A DNA stretch of 64,000 nucleotides from Candidatus Atabeyarchaeum deiterrae. Lineage in GTDB: Archaea > Asgardarchaeota > Atabeyarchaeia > Atabeyarchaeales > Atabeyarchaeaceae. A model generated the notes under the pieces. The model had not been told where the DNA came from. It worked only from the letters and a program-made list of their open reading frames with translations, and made no database searches. Position numbers and translations under genes: made by a program. How positions within the stretch are numbered: position 1 is the stretch's first letter; every line of letters starts with the position of its first letter. Location of the stretch: the NCBI GenBank assembly GCA_037310415.1, contig CP147780.1:448001-512000 (forward strand), written 5' to 3'. Shown here one piece after another: positions 1-8,876 of this stretch.

Positions 1-894
1 TTGAGGAGCGACCATTTCGTCTCTTCCATAATCTAAGAAATCACTTGCGGACAGCGTTATTCTTCTGACACCAGATCTGACTAATTCCCTGACCTCTTTT
101 ACTATCTCTATTTCTTTCCTGCTTCGAGAACAACCGAAAACAGTCGGCACACTGCAGAAGCCACATCCAGGGGGAATGTTGGCTGGGCACTCTGTTCTTG
201 CCTCCAAATCCCTGCCTCGACATTTGTCACATTCGATGCATGGGCTTCCGTCTGGGAGAGGGATCGATGTTCTTAGAAAATTCGAGCAACCACGAGCGAT
301 TTCGACATAGAATTTGAGTGCACGGAAGGCAGGGTAATCTCTAATGCAGCGGGTCGAGGGGCTAAACGTGTCTAGGGCTTCGCTCCTTTGAATCTGATGT
401 CGATAGCCAGTCGAGTCGCGAGTCCATCGAGTAAATTCTTTGTCTCCACTCTGATATCCAACTCCGTCTAACATTACAGTCTTCCTGTGTCCCGCCAACT
501 TACTTTCTCCTAATCTATCATCGAGCAGCCTCTGGATACTGATCTCTCCTTCTCCAACAACGGCAATATCGAAGCCGAGATTAAACAGGAGTTTAGGTCT
601 GCCTGCAATCGGACCTCCGATGATAGCTAGTTGGCTCCTATGCTTGATTCTCCAACAATTGATGATCTTCTGAACCGCCTGCAAGTCTATGGTCATTGCA
701 CTAACCATTAGTAAGTCATAATCATCCATCAAACTGGGTTGGTTTATTGCATATTCTGCAAGCACTATTTTCACGTCTAGCCTATTGCTTTCAAGAACCC
801 CCGCTATGCGTCTGGGACCGCATCCGATTGCATCTGTAGAGGAGTGCCTTACGCCGCTTGAAGCGCCCAGAGCATCAACAATGAGTGCCTTCAT
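1..894 (-). CDS. B12-binding radical SAM protein (5' part; runs off the window)
   Basis: Manual translation from ATG 894: MKALIVDALGASSG...AIIGGP...VVGEGE...YVEIARGCSNF...GCGFCSVP. The radical SAM Cys motif is split by a Cys-rich insert. Confidence 0.8.
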   Translation of the reverse strand, partial: MKALIVDALGASSGVRHSSTDAIGCGPRRIAGVLESNRLDVKIVLAEYAINQPSLMDDYDLLMVSAMTIDLQAVQKIINCWRIKHRSQLAIIGGPIAGRPKLLFNLGFDIAVVGEGEISIQRLLDDRLGESKLAGHRKTVMLDGVGYQSGDKEFTRWTRDSTGYRHQIQRSEALDTFSPSTRCIRDYPAFRALKFYVEIARGCSNFLRTSIPLPDGSPCIECDKCRGRDLEARTECPANIPPGCGFCSVPTVFGCSRSRKEIEIVKEVRELVRSGVRRITLSASDFLDYGRDEMVAPQ

Positions 895-1047
895 GTTTCT
901 CTCCATTCTCATAATGACGTGGTTAGCATTTCTGCTAGATGGATTGGAATGTTGCTTTTAGAAAATGCTTAAATATCAAACTAACAGAATAGGATTCACA
1001 GAATGTGTATTTGAAGATTCTCAGGAAAATGATAGGTCGATAACCTT

Positions 1048-1356
1048 ATGGGCGAAATCTGCCCTACATGTGGGCTACCCAAAGATCTTTGCGTCTGCCA
1101 AGAGATTGTTAAAGAAGAGCAGAGGATCAAAGTCCGCGTCGAAAGGAGAAAATGGCACAAAGAAATGACTGTGATCGAGGGAATCAAGGAAAAAGAAGTG
1201 GATCTGCACGATTTGGCCACGAAGCTCAAGAACAAGTGTGCATGCGGCGGTACGGCGAAGTTGGGCAGAATTGAGTTGCAGGGCGATCACAAGGAAGAGG
1301 TAAAAGGTTTTCTTGTGCAACTTGGTTTTCCGGATCAGAACATAGACGTTCAGTGA
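1048..1356 (+). CDS. sui1: Translation initiation factor SUI1/aIF1
   Basis: CPTCGLPKDLCVC N-terminus; LKNKCACGGT and IELQGDH motifs. Confidence 0.95.
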   Translation: MGEICPTCGLPKDLCVCQEIVKEEQRIKVRVERRKWHKEMTVIEGIKEKEVDLHDLATKLKNKCACGGTAKLGRIELQGDHKEEVKGFLVQLGFPDQNIDVQ

Positions 1357-1641
1357 GTCGTGTGCATTCTCTTTCGCCACTAGTATTATAGCATTGCTAG
1401 CGGCTTTGACTGGCAAAAAACAAGGCAATCGTTAGGTGGGACTGGTATTCTCTCTTTCCACTCCATTCCAACGCTTGTCAATTGGACACTTAGCAGGTGA
1501 CTTCTGTGAAGACTGTAGAACAGAGTATAAAAAATCTAAATAGAGTGTCCACTTTCTACACCTCTGTGAAAGGTGATAAAGAGTAAGCTATATCTATGAT
1601 CCCAGTCGAAAGTATAGTGTCCGTCAGGGGGTCGAGTAAAT

Positions 1642-2667
1642 ATGCTGAGGCTCGGAATAAACGGATTCGGAAGAATCGGCAGGAACTTCATCAGAGCTGC
1701 ATTCAAGGATAGTTCTTTTACCGAAGAATTCGAAGTCATGGCGGTCAACGATATTACTGATGCAAAGACATTGGCATATCTTTTCAAGTACGACTCTGCG
1801 CTTGGAGTCTACAGCGGCGATGTGTCTTCCCCAGATGACAACACAATCATCATAGATGGGAAGAAGCTCAAGGTCTTGCGCCAAAACGACCCTGCAAAGC
1901 TTCCTTGGAAGGAGCTATCAGTCAGTATAGTTCTCGAGTCTACTGGCAAATTCACCGCGAAGGCCGATGCTGACAAACATATTCAGGCAGGAGCTAAGAA
2001 AGTAGTCATTTCTGCACCTTCGAAAGATGCAGATGCAACAATAGTAATGGGAGTAAACCAATCCAAATACGAATCGGCCAAACACAACGTGATCTCCATG
2101 GCGTCTTGCACAACTGGTGCCCTAGCACCTGTTGCGAAGGTTCTAAACGATAAGTTTGGAATCGAGAAAGGTTTTATGACCACGGCACACGCTTATACGA
2201 TGGATCAGAAGCTCCTCGATGCCCCGCACAGTGACCTTCGCCGCGCAAGGGCTGCCGCAGTCTCGATTATTCCGACCACTACAGGTGCCGCATCAGCCAT
2301 CGGGATGGTTTTGCCTGAGCTAGAGGGAAAGCTAGACGGGTTAGCTTTGAGAGTCCCCGTTCCTGATGTTTCAATTAATGACCTCGTCGTTCTCCTGAAG
2401 AAACAGGTAACTCTTCAAGAGGTGAAGGACGCTCTAAAGAGTGCTTCGATAACCAGTCTCAAGGGGATCATTGAATACACGGAGGAATCCCTTGTCTCAA
2501 TCGATGTACTTCACAACCCTCACTCATCGATTGTGGATGGGCTGAGTATAAACGTGCTTGGTAAGAAGAATAATCTGGTTAAGGTTCTTGCTTGGTACGA
2601 CAACGAATGGGGTTACTCGTGTAGGCTAGTGGATCTAATTAAATACATCGGAGGATATATGAACTAG
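1642..2667 (+). CDS. gap: Class I (bacterial/eukaryotic-type) glyceraldehyde-3-phosphate dehydrogenase
   Basis: GINGFGRIGR, ASCTT catalytic Cys, WYDNEWGYS. Confidence 0.95.
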   Translation: MLRLGINGFGRIGRNFIRAAFKDSSFTEEFEVMAVNDITDAKTLAYLFKYDSALGVYSGDVSSPDDNTIIIDGKKLKVLRQNDPAKLPWKELSVSIVLESTGKFTAKADADKHIQAGAKKVVISAPSKDADATIVMGVNQSKYESAKHNVISMASCTTGALAPVAKVLNDKFGIEKGFMTTAHAYTMDQKLLDAPHSDLRRARAAAVSIIPTTTGAASAIGMVLPELEGKLDGLALRVPVPDVSINDLVVLLKKQVTLQEVKDALKSASITSLKGIIEYTEESLVSIDVLHNPHSSIVDGLSINVLGKKNNLVKVLAWYDNEWGYSCRLVDLIKYIGGYMN

Positions 2668-2797
2668 ACCGACCGTGGAACGCGCATGAGCGGTCGGTGG
2701 ATATGCAGAGGATAAGTAAGGTTTCGAGTTATCTCGAATCCGAAATAGTATGGAAGCCCAGAGCAATTGGAAAGTGGCAAAGGTAGGGTGTCAACAT

Positions 2798-3982
2798 ATG
2801 TATTTGATTGGTGAGGCGTTGGTAGGAGAAGGAGATGAGCTGGCACACATTGACCTCATAGTGGGGGACAAGAATGGACCTGTGGGACAAGCCTTCGCTA
2901 GTAGCTTCTCAAATCTTTCTGCCGGCCATACTCCCGTACTTGCTGTGATTCGTCCTAACTTGCCGTCAAAGCCTTTCACTCTTGTAGTCCCTAAGGTTAC
3001 AGTGAAAGACTTGGATCAAGCGAATAGAATATTCGGTCCTGCTCAAGCAGCTGTGGCAAAAGCCATAGCCGATGCCGTCGAGGAAGGTATTGTTCCCAAG
3101 GACGCAGTTGAAGACATGGTAATCATAGCATCTGTTTTTGTTCACCCAAATGCTAGTGATTACAGAAAGATATATCACTACAACTATGGGGCGACGAAAT
3201 TGGCTTTGAAGAGGGCTTTGACAGGATATCCAGATCTAGACAAGATTATGTATGAGAAAGATAGAGCCAAACACCCGATAATGGGGTTCAAGGTTCCAAG
3301 ACTTTGGAGACCTCCTTACCTCCAGATAGCTTTGGATGTCCCAGATGTTCAAAGGACAATGAAAGTTATCGAAGCCACGCCTAGAAGTGATAGGATAATT
3401 CTTGAAGCAGGAACTCCTCTCATCAAGAAGTATGGTGCAAGTGTAATAAAGGAACTGCGGACAGTCGCAAAGGACGTCTTCATTGTAGCTGATTTAAAGA
3501 CACTAGATGTCGGCAAGGTCGAAGTGGACATCGCTTACGATCAGACCGCGGATGCAGTTGTCGCATCTGGCTTGGCAGCTGCCGCGACGCTTGATGGCTT
3601 CATATATGAGGCGCAGAAACTTGGGGTATACGCAATGCTGGATATGATGAATGTCGATGATCCGATAAAGAAACTTTCTTCATTGAAGGAATTGCCTGAC
3701 GTAGTGATTCTTCACCGCTCGATAGATGTTGAGAGAGCGGGCGGGGAAGGTACGTGGAATATCAAGGAGATAAGAGAGGCTTTCAAGGGAAAGAAGATTC
3801 TTGTTGCCGTGGCAGGCGGCATTACTCCTGACAAGGTAGCTCCTGCTCTCAAACAAGGCGCGGACATACTTATTGTTGGCAGGTATATCACACAGTCCAA
3901 AGATATTGAGAGATCAGTACGCGAATTCATAACGAAGCTCCCAGAGTCTGAGATCGATCTGCTTCGTGAGCATGTTGAATAG
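2798..3982 (+). CDS. fae-hps: Bifunctional formaldehyde-activating enzyme / 3-hexulose-6-phosphate synthase
   Basis: Fae domain ([18 protein letters not shown]) fused to an HPS barrel ([23 protein letters not shown]). Start moved to ATG 2798. Confidence 0.93.
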   Translation: MYLIGEALVGEGDELAHIDLIVGDKNGPVGQAFASSFSNLSAGHTPVLAVIRPNLPSKPFTLVVPKVTVKDLDQANRIFGPAQAAVAKAIADAVEEGIVPKDAVEDMVIIASVFVHPNASDYRKIYHYNYGATKLALKRALTGYPDLDKIMYEKDRAKHPIMGFKVPRLWRPPYLQIALDVPDVQRTMKVIEATPRSDRIILEAGTPLIKKYGASVIKELRTVAKDVFIVADLKTLDVGKVEVDIAYDQTADAVVASGLAAAATLDGFIYEAQKLGVYAMLDMMNVDDPIKKLSSLKELPDVVILHRSIDVERAGGEGTWNIKEIREAFKGKKILVAVAGGITPDKVAPALKQGADILIVGRYITQSKDIERSVREFITKLPESEIDLLREHVE

Positions 3983-4221
3983 CCCCATCTTCAACCTTCC
4001 CCCTTTCTAATATTTGGGGAACGTTCCGCAATCGGAAAAATGTTGGGTAGAGCCCAGTTCTTTTTCCTTGATCTTGTCCATTGCATTCTAAGGAACTGGA
4101 TTCGCTATAATCGCTCTTAGAGCGGTTTTTGGAGTCTGGTCTGTTGGAGTTTATATCTCTTCTTTTTCTCAACGATAAGATTGAGAGGAATTCCGACAGA
4201 TAACTGCAGTGGTGGCACGAG

Positions 4222-5730
4222 ATGTCTCGTTCAAAGAAGATACCAGCACTACTAATCCTACTGACTATCACTCTATTCGCGCTGCCAGTCAGCAGTAGTA
4301 GAGCGCAGAGCGAAATGATTTACATCTACTATGTCCAGACTAGCCCAGCTGTTTATGAGATTGGAGAACAAGTGAACGCATCAGCTGCTTGGTATGTTGA
4401 CTATGGGGGTGGCACTCAGTGTAGTGAAGGAGCCATTTCTATATACAACGACAGCTCCTCCACCAGCGCCTTAGCATTCCAACGGTGGGAAAACGAGCCC
4501 CAAGGACACTGTGTTCACCAAACGTTTTTGTTGTTGAACCCTAACGATTGGAGTCCGGGGGAAAACGGGCAGAATGGAGTCGCTAAAGCGTCGCTATCCT
4601 TGCCGCTAGGAAATGACGAGCATTTATCTCAAAATGTGACGTTTGTTGTCACACGCGCCCGACAGAACTGCTCCCTCATTGCAGTAACTTCTACCCAACC
4701 TCCTAGAGATCTGAACTCAGTATCGATTTTGTTTAGAGTGTACAATAGAAACAACTCATCTTTCGGAGTAGGCTTGAACCCTGTCGAATATAGCATCATT
4801 GATCCACTTAACCGCACAATTGTGGCAGATAATGTTACCTTCTCGAATGCTAACGGCGACTTCAGGATTACTTTCAACCCGAACTTCATGAGTGGAAAAT
4901 ACACGGTATCTCTAACGAGTTCTGGGAGTTCGAGGTATCTTGAAGGTAGATTCTCTTTTATGCTTTCTGTCTGGGAATTATGCATAGTTGACGTAGCCAG
5001 CATTCCACAAATAGTTAGTTTCGATCACAATTATAGCGCCAAATACATTTTTCTAGACTCACTCTCCAAAATACCAGTCTCCAATGTCACGGTTACAATA
5101 AGAATAAACGGTTTTCTTCTCATTAGTGGAATCACTGATTGCGACGGAGCGGTAATACTTGGAATCCGTATTTCCAAGGATAGATGCAGGGCAGGTGAGA
5201 ACTCAACATTACTTATTCAAGCATTCACCGTATCTAGTGAGGGCATCTGCTATTGCTACTCTAATAACAGAACTCTTGTCTGCAAGGTGGGGACAGCGAC
5301 GGTTCTAAGGGTCTCCCAACAGGGAATACTTGAAAGTGGCGAAACGATACTCCTTTCTGCACAACTGCTGTCTTTGAACTCAACTCCGATTGAAGGCGGT
5401 TGCCTGATATTTGCGGAATTCGAGAACCGGGAGAGCAATCCCACCAATCGTTATACTAAGGAAACAGATGCAGAAGGTATTTGCACAGTTCTCTTGAAAA
5501 CGTCAAATCCAGGAGTGTTCACTATCATCGTAAGCTTTGAAGGAAACAACACATATGATTCCTCGAACGAAACTTGCTCGTTCTTAGTTCTTCCTACTTC
5601 GCAGGAGCGCTTCTTCTCGTCAGTCCCTGTTACCGCATTGACAGTCATTTTCTCAGTAATCCTTTCATTGAAAGCAATGAAAGCACGACGAAAAGTGAAG
5701 TGGCGTGAGCTGATCATCCGAGAAGTCTGA
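4222..5730 (+). CDS. Secreted, C-terminally anchored surface (glyco)protein with Ig-like beta domains
   Basis: Signal peptide, many NxS/T sequons, TDxxG and F.G...Y Ig-like motifs, C-terminal TM helix plus basic tail. Confidence 0.7.
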   Translation: MSRSKKIPALLILLTITLFALPVSSSRAQSEMIYIYYVQTSPAVYEIGEQVNASAAWYVDYGGGTQCSEGAISIYNDSSSTSALAFQRWENEPQGHCVHQTFLLLNPNDWSPGENGQNGVAKASLSLPLGNDEHLSQNVTFVVTRARQNCSLIAVTSTQPPRDLNSVSILFRVYNRNNSSFGVGLNPVEYSIIDPLNRTIVADNVTFSNANGDFRITFNPNFMSGKYTVSLTSSGSSRYLEGRFSFMLSVWELCIVDVASIPQIVSFDHNYSAKYIFLDSLSKIPVSNVTVTIRINGFLLISGITDCDGAVILGIRISKDRCRAGENSTLLIQAFTVSSEGICYCYSNNRTLVCKVGTATVLRVSQQGILESGETILLSAQLLSLNSTPIEGGCLIFAEFENRESNPTNRYTKETDAEGICTVLLKTSNPGVFTIIVSFEGNNTYDSSNETCSFLVLPTSQERFFSSVPVTALTVIFSVILSLKAMKARRKVKWRELIIREV

Positions 5731-5789
5731 AGTGTCAATTCCTATCCCTGACATGAGAGAGGACGTCATGAGTCGAGCACGGTGACTCT

Positions 5790-6248
5790 TCACTCAAGAG
5801 CATTTTCTTCGACCCAGCGTTCCGTAGCTTTTCCAGTCGTCTTGTCCATGAGATGCTCCTTTTTGAAGAGAGGCGATTCATGTTTGTATCTTTCAACGGC
5901 TTCCTCCAAGACCTCGAATACCTCGTTCCTGTGTGCTCCAGATACGACTGCGTAGACCAAGTCTTCACTTGGCTCAAATTCTCCTAGATTGTGGAATATT
6001 CTGACGTCGATTATTCCTTTCTTTTTGCTCAAGTCTGAGCTTATCCGAGATAATGATTGATTAGCCTTCTCTTCGTATGCATCAACTTCTAGTTTCGTAA
6101 CCTCTTGCCCATCCAGACTTTTGCGTCTGACAACACCTATGAAGATTCCGACAGCTCCGACCTCTCCGAAATTCGGGATATCTCTGAGGCTCCTCAGAAT
6201 GTCATCTAAAGACAACTCGCCTTTCTTACAGATTCCACTCTGTTTCAT
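5790..6248 (-). CDS. moaE: Molybdopterin synthase catalytic subunit
   Basis: GAVGIFIGVVR, AHR..F, K..P.FKKE...W. Confidence 0.92.
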   Translation of the reverse strand: MKQSGICKKGELSLDDILRSLRDIPNFGEVGAVGIFIGVVRRKSLDGQEVTKLEVDAYEEKANQSLSRISSDLSKKKGIIDVRIFHNLGEFEPSEDLVYAVVSGAHRNEVFEVLEEAVERYKHESPLFKKEHLMDKTTGKATERWVEENALE

Positions 6249-6479
6249 CCAAAAACCCCCTAGTCAAATTCCGGTCAACCGTGATCCATTTTAGTTAGAA
6301 GGTGTATAGCATGCATTTCCTTTACAAGGACTCCCTATATGCTGGCGCATAAACCAGCCCACCCAATCAGACAGGAGATAACTAATGCTTCTTAAGTAGT
6401 TGCCTTACACAAGTGTTCATCGCCGTTCAGCAATTCTTTTAAACCATGAAGTCTTCATACCAAGAACGAGAATATGCAT

Positions 6480-6654
6480 GCAGGGGTAGCCAAGCCGGTC
6501 AAAAAGCAAGGTTTCGGCCTAAGGCGGTGGACTCAAGATCCACTCTCGAAATGGATGAAACGCAAAGAGGCTAAAAATGCGTTCCACGGGAAGGAGTTCG
6601 AGGGTTCGAACATCCTCTTTCACAAGAGGTTTGGAAATCCCTCCCCCTGCACCA
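6480..6654 (+). tRNA. tRNA-Leu(CAA) with 3 BHB introns (6503-6521 D-loop, 6551-6592 variable arm, 6611-6637 T-loop 59/60)
   Basis: Removing the three segments gives an 87-nt cloverleaf GCAGGGG...CCCCTGC-ACCA. Central helices are GGTC/GGCC, CTCG/CGGG and TTCG/TGGA, with 3-nt bulges. Confidence 0.92.
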
Positions 6655-6761
6655 ATAATCTGCTCAACAATATTCCCAAAGACTAACGCTTCAATACGCT
6701 TTCTGAATCATGTAGGTAAATCTCAGTTCGCAACATCAACTGTTGAAGTGTGAAATTACGG

Positions 6762-7442
6762 TCACTTCACATCCACTATCGTTCCGACCTTTTCCCCCTT
6801 TGCTGCAAGCAAAATGTTATTGGGATCAAAACCATTAACTACGATTACCTTTGCCTTCTGACTTTCAAGTATCTGAATCGATTGGAGATCCAATATCTGA
6901 TGCATTCCAGGTGTATGGGTTTCCTGAGTGACTGTCTTATAGAGGTCGATATAGGTTAGTTTGTCCAACTTCCTAGCGTCAGCGAACTTCTTAGGATCCT
7001 TGTCAAAGATACCATCTTGATCTGTTGCTTTTACCATGAGTTTTGAGCCAGTAGATCTGAGAACCAGAGCCGCGACAGTATCAGTTGTAATCCCCGGTTT
7101 CAACCCACCCATGACAACGATCTTACCAGCGACAAGTAGCCTCCTAACCTCCTCAACAGTAGAAGGAATCTGCCTTGAACTGTACTCACGAAGCTCTCTA
7201 GCAAGCAATTGACAGTTCAACCTCGAAACCAAGATGGCGATCTCATCTTTATCCTCATCTGATAGCCCCATCTTCTGAGCAACAGATATAAACTCCCTCG
7301 CCACTTTACCACCGCCCACGACCACGACAAGCTCATGCCGCTCATTCTTGAGCGATCTCAAGACTTCAGAATACCTGAGTATGAGTTCGGGATTCAATGG
7401 AGAGGCAATGACTGAGCCACCAATCTTAACCACGATTTTCAT
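6762..7442 (-). CDS. pyrH: UMP kinase
   Basis: VVKIGGS, VVGGG, PGITTD, DG..DKDP. Confidence 0.93.
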   Translation of the reverse strand: MKIVVKIGGSVIASPLNPELILRYSEVLRSLKNERHELVVVVGGGKVAREFISVAQKMGLSDEDKDEIAILVSRLNCQLLARELREYSSRQIPSTVEEVRRLLVAGKIVVMGGLKPGITTDTVAALVLRSTGSKLMVKATDQDGIFDKDPKKFADARKLDKLTYIDLYKTVTQETHTPGMHQILDLQSIQILESQKAKVIVVNGFDPNNILLAAKGEKVGTIVDVK

Positions 7443-7584
7443 TACTCAACCAACACCAGTGAGCGAATACATTCACGAAAGTTAAATACCTTGGTTGCTA
7501 AACGATATTTGAATAACCACTTTACGATTATATCAGTGTTACCTGTCCAACGCAAGAAAGCTATTACGGGGAGAAAAAGCAGAC

Positions 7585-8841
7585 ATGCCGAAGTACGACT
7601 CTTTCGAGAAGTTCAAACTTGAGAGGGAACTAGAAGCCCTTTCCAATAAGCATGGATTCCACACTGAACTTATCTCTCTCTACGTCCCTCCTGGAAAACA
7701 GCTCAGTGAAGTGACTAACAACTTGAAACAAGAATACGGCACATCAACAAACATAAAGTCGAAGTCCACGCGACAGCATGTACTCGATGCAATAACGACC
7801 ATCACACAAAGACTGAAGATGATGAAGACTGTTCCAGAAAACGGTCTAGCCATATTCTGTGGCGCGATCCCACAGAATGGGCAAGGAACCGAGAAAATGG
7901 AATTGTATCCGATAGTACCGCTGGAGCCAGTAAACATATACATTTACCGCTGTGACAACAAGTTCTACATCGATCCATTAAAAGACATGTTAAAGGAAAC
8001 AGAAACGTACGGCATAATCATGGTGGACCGGAGTGAGGCAGCTTTGGCCTCACTAAGAGGAAAGCATCTTGATGTTGTCAAAAGACTAACCTCTGGAGTC
8101 CCAAGCAAACACACCGCTGGCGGTCAGTCTCAGAGACGATTCGAAAGACTAATTGAGCAGGCAGTCCATGAATTCTTCAAGAGAGTCGGGGGACATGCAG
8201 ATGAGATATTTCTAAACGTGCCTGATCTAAAAGGAATTCTGATAGGAGGAGCTGGTCCAACCAAAGAGAGATTTGCCCAAGGGGGATTCATGAACTATCA
8301 GCTTCAGCAGAAAGTGCTTTCACTTGTCGACACTGGCAACTCGGGGGAAGATGGCATAGAGGAATTGATCGAGAATTCAAGTGAGCTCCTGAAAGGGGTG
8401 CGCTATACTGAAGAAAAGAAACTTGTACAGAGGTTCCTTGAACTCCTTGCAAAGGACACAGGACTTGCAGCTTACGGAGAGAAGGAAGTCCGGGAGCTTC
8501 TTAATCAAAGTACGGTGGATACACTTCTCCTGTCAGAGGCCCTAGATACTGTCAGAGTGACAGTGTCATGTGCCAGCTGTGGATATAAGAGAGAAGAGAC
8601 AATTCGCCAGTCTAATCTTAGCTCATTCCAGCAAACAGCTCAGAGTTCAACTTGTCCTAAGTGCAATTCCCCGCTTGCAGTAACCGAGACAAAGCCGATA
8701 CTAGATGATCTTGCAGAACTGGCTGAAAAGACGAATGCAAAGGTTGAAGTCATATCAACAGAGACTGAAGAGGGTCAGGAGCTAAAGCAAGGATTCGGGG
8801 GCGTGGCTGCCACACTAAGATACCGCCCTGCCAACTTATAA
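7585..8841 (+). CDS. prf1: Peptide chain release factor aRF1
   Basis: NIKS, YxCD and GGQS motifs; Zn-ribbon minidomain. Confidence 0.97.
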   Translation: MPKYDSFEKFKLERELEALSNKHGFHTELISLYVPPGKQLSEVTNNLKQEYGTSTNIKSKSTRQHVLDAITTITQRLKMMKTVPENGLAIFCGAIPQNGQGTEKMELYPIVPLEPVNIYIYRCDNKFYIDPLKDMLKETETYGIIMVDRSEAALASLRGKHLDVVKRLTSGVPSKHTAGGQSQRRFERLIEQAVHEFFKRVGGHADEIFLNVPDLKGILIGGAGPTKERFAQGGFMNYQLQQKVLSLVDTGNSGEDGIEELIENSSELLKGVRYTEEKKLVQRFLELLAKDTGLAAYGEKEVRELLNQSTVDTLLLSEALDTVRVTVSCASCGYKREETIRQSNLSSFQQTAQSSTCPKCNSPLAVTETKPILDDLAELAEKTNAKVEVISTETEEGQELKQGFGGVAATLRYRPANL

Positions 8842-8876
8842 CAGATTTAAATCCTGATAACTGCTCTTGTTCTGAG

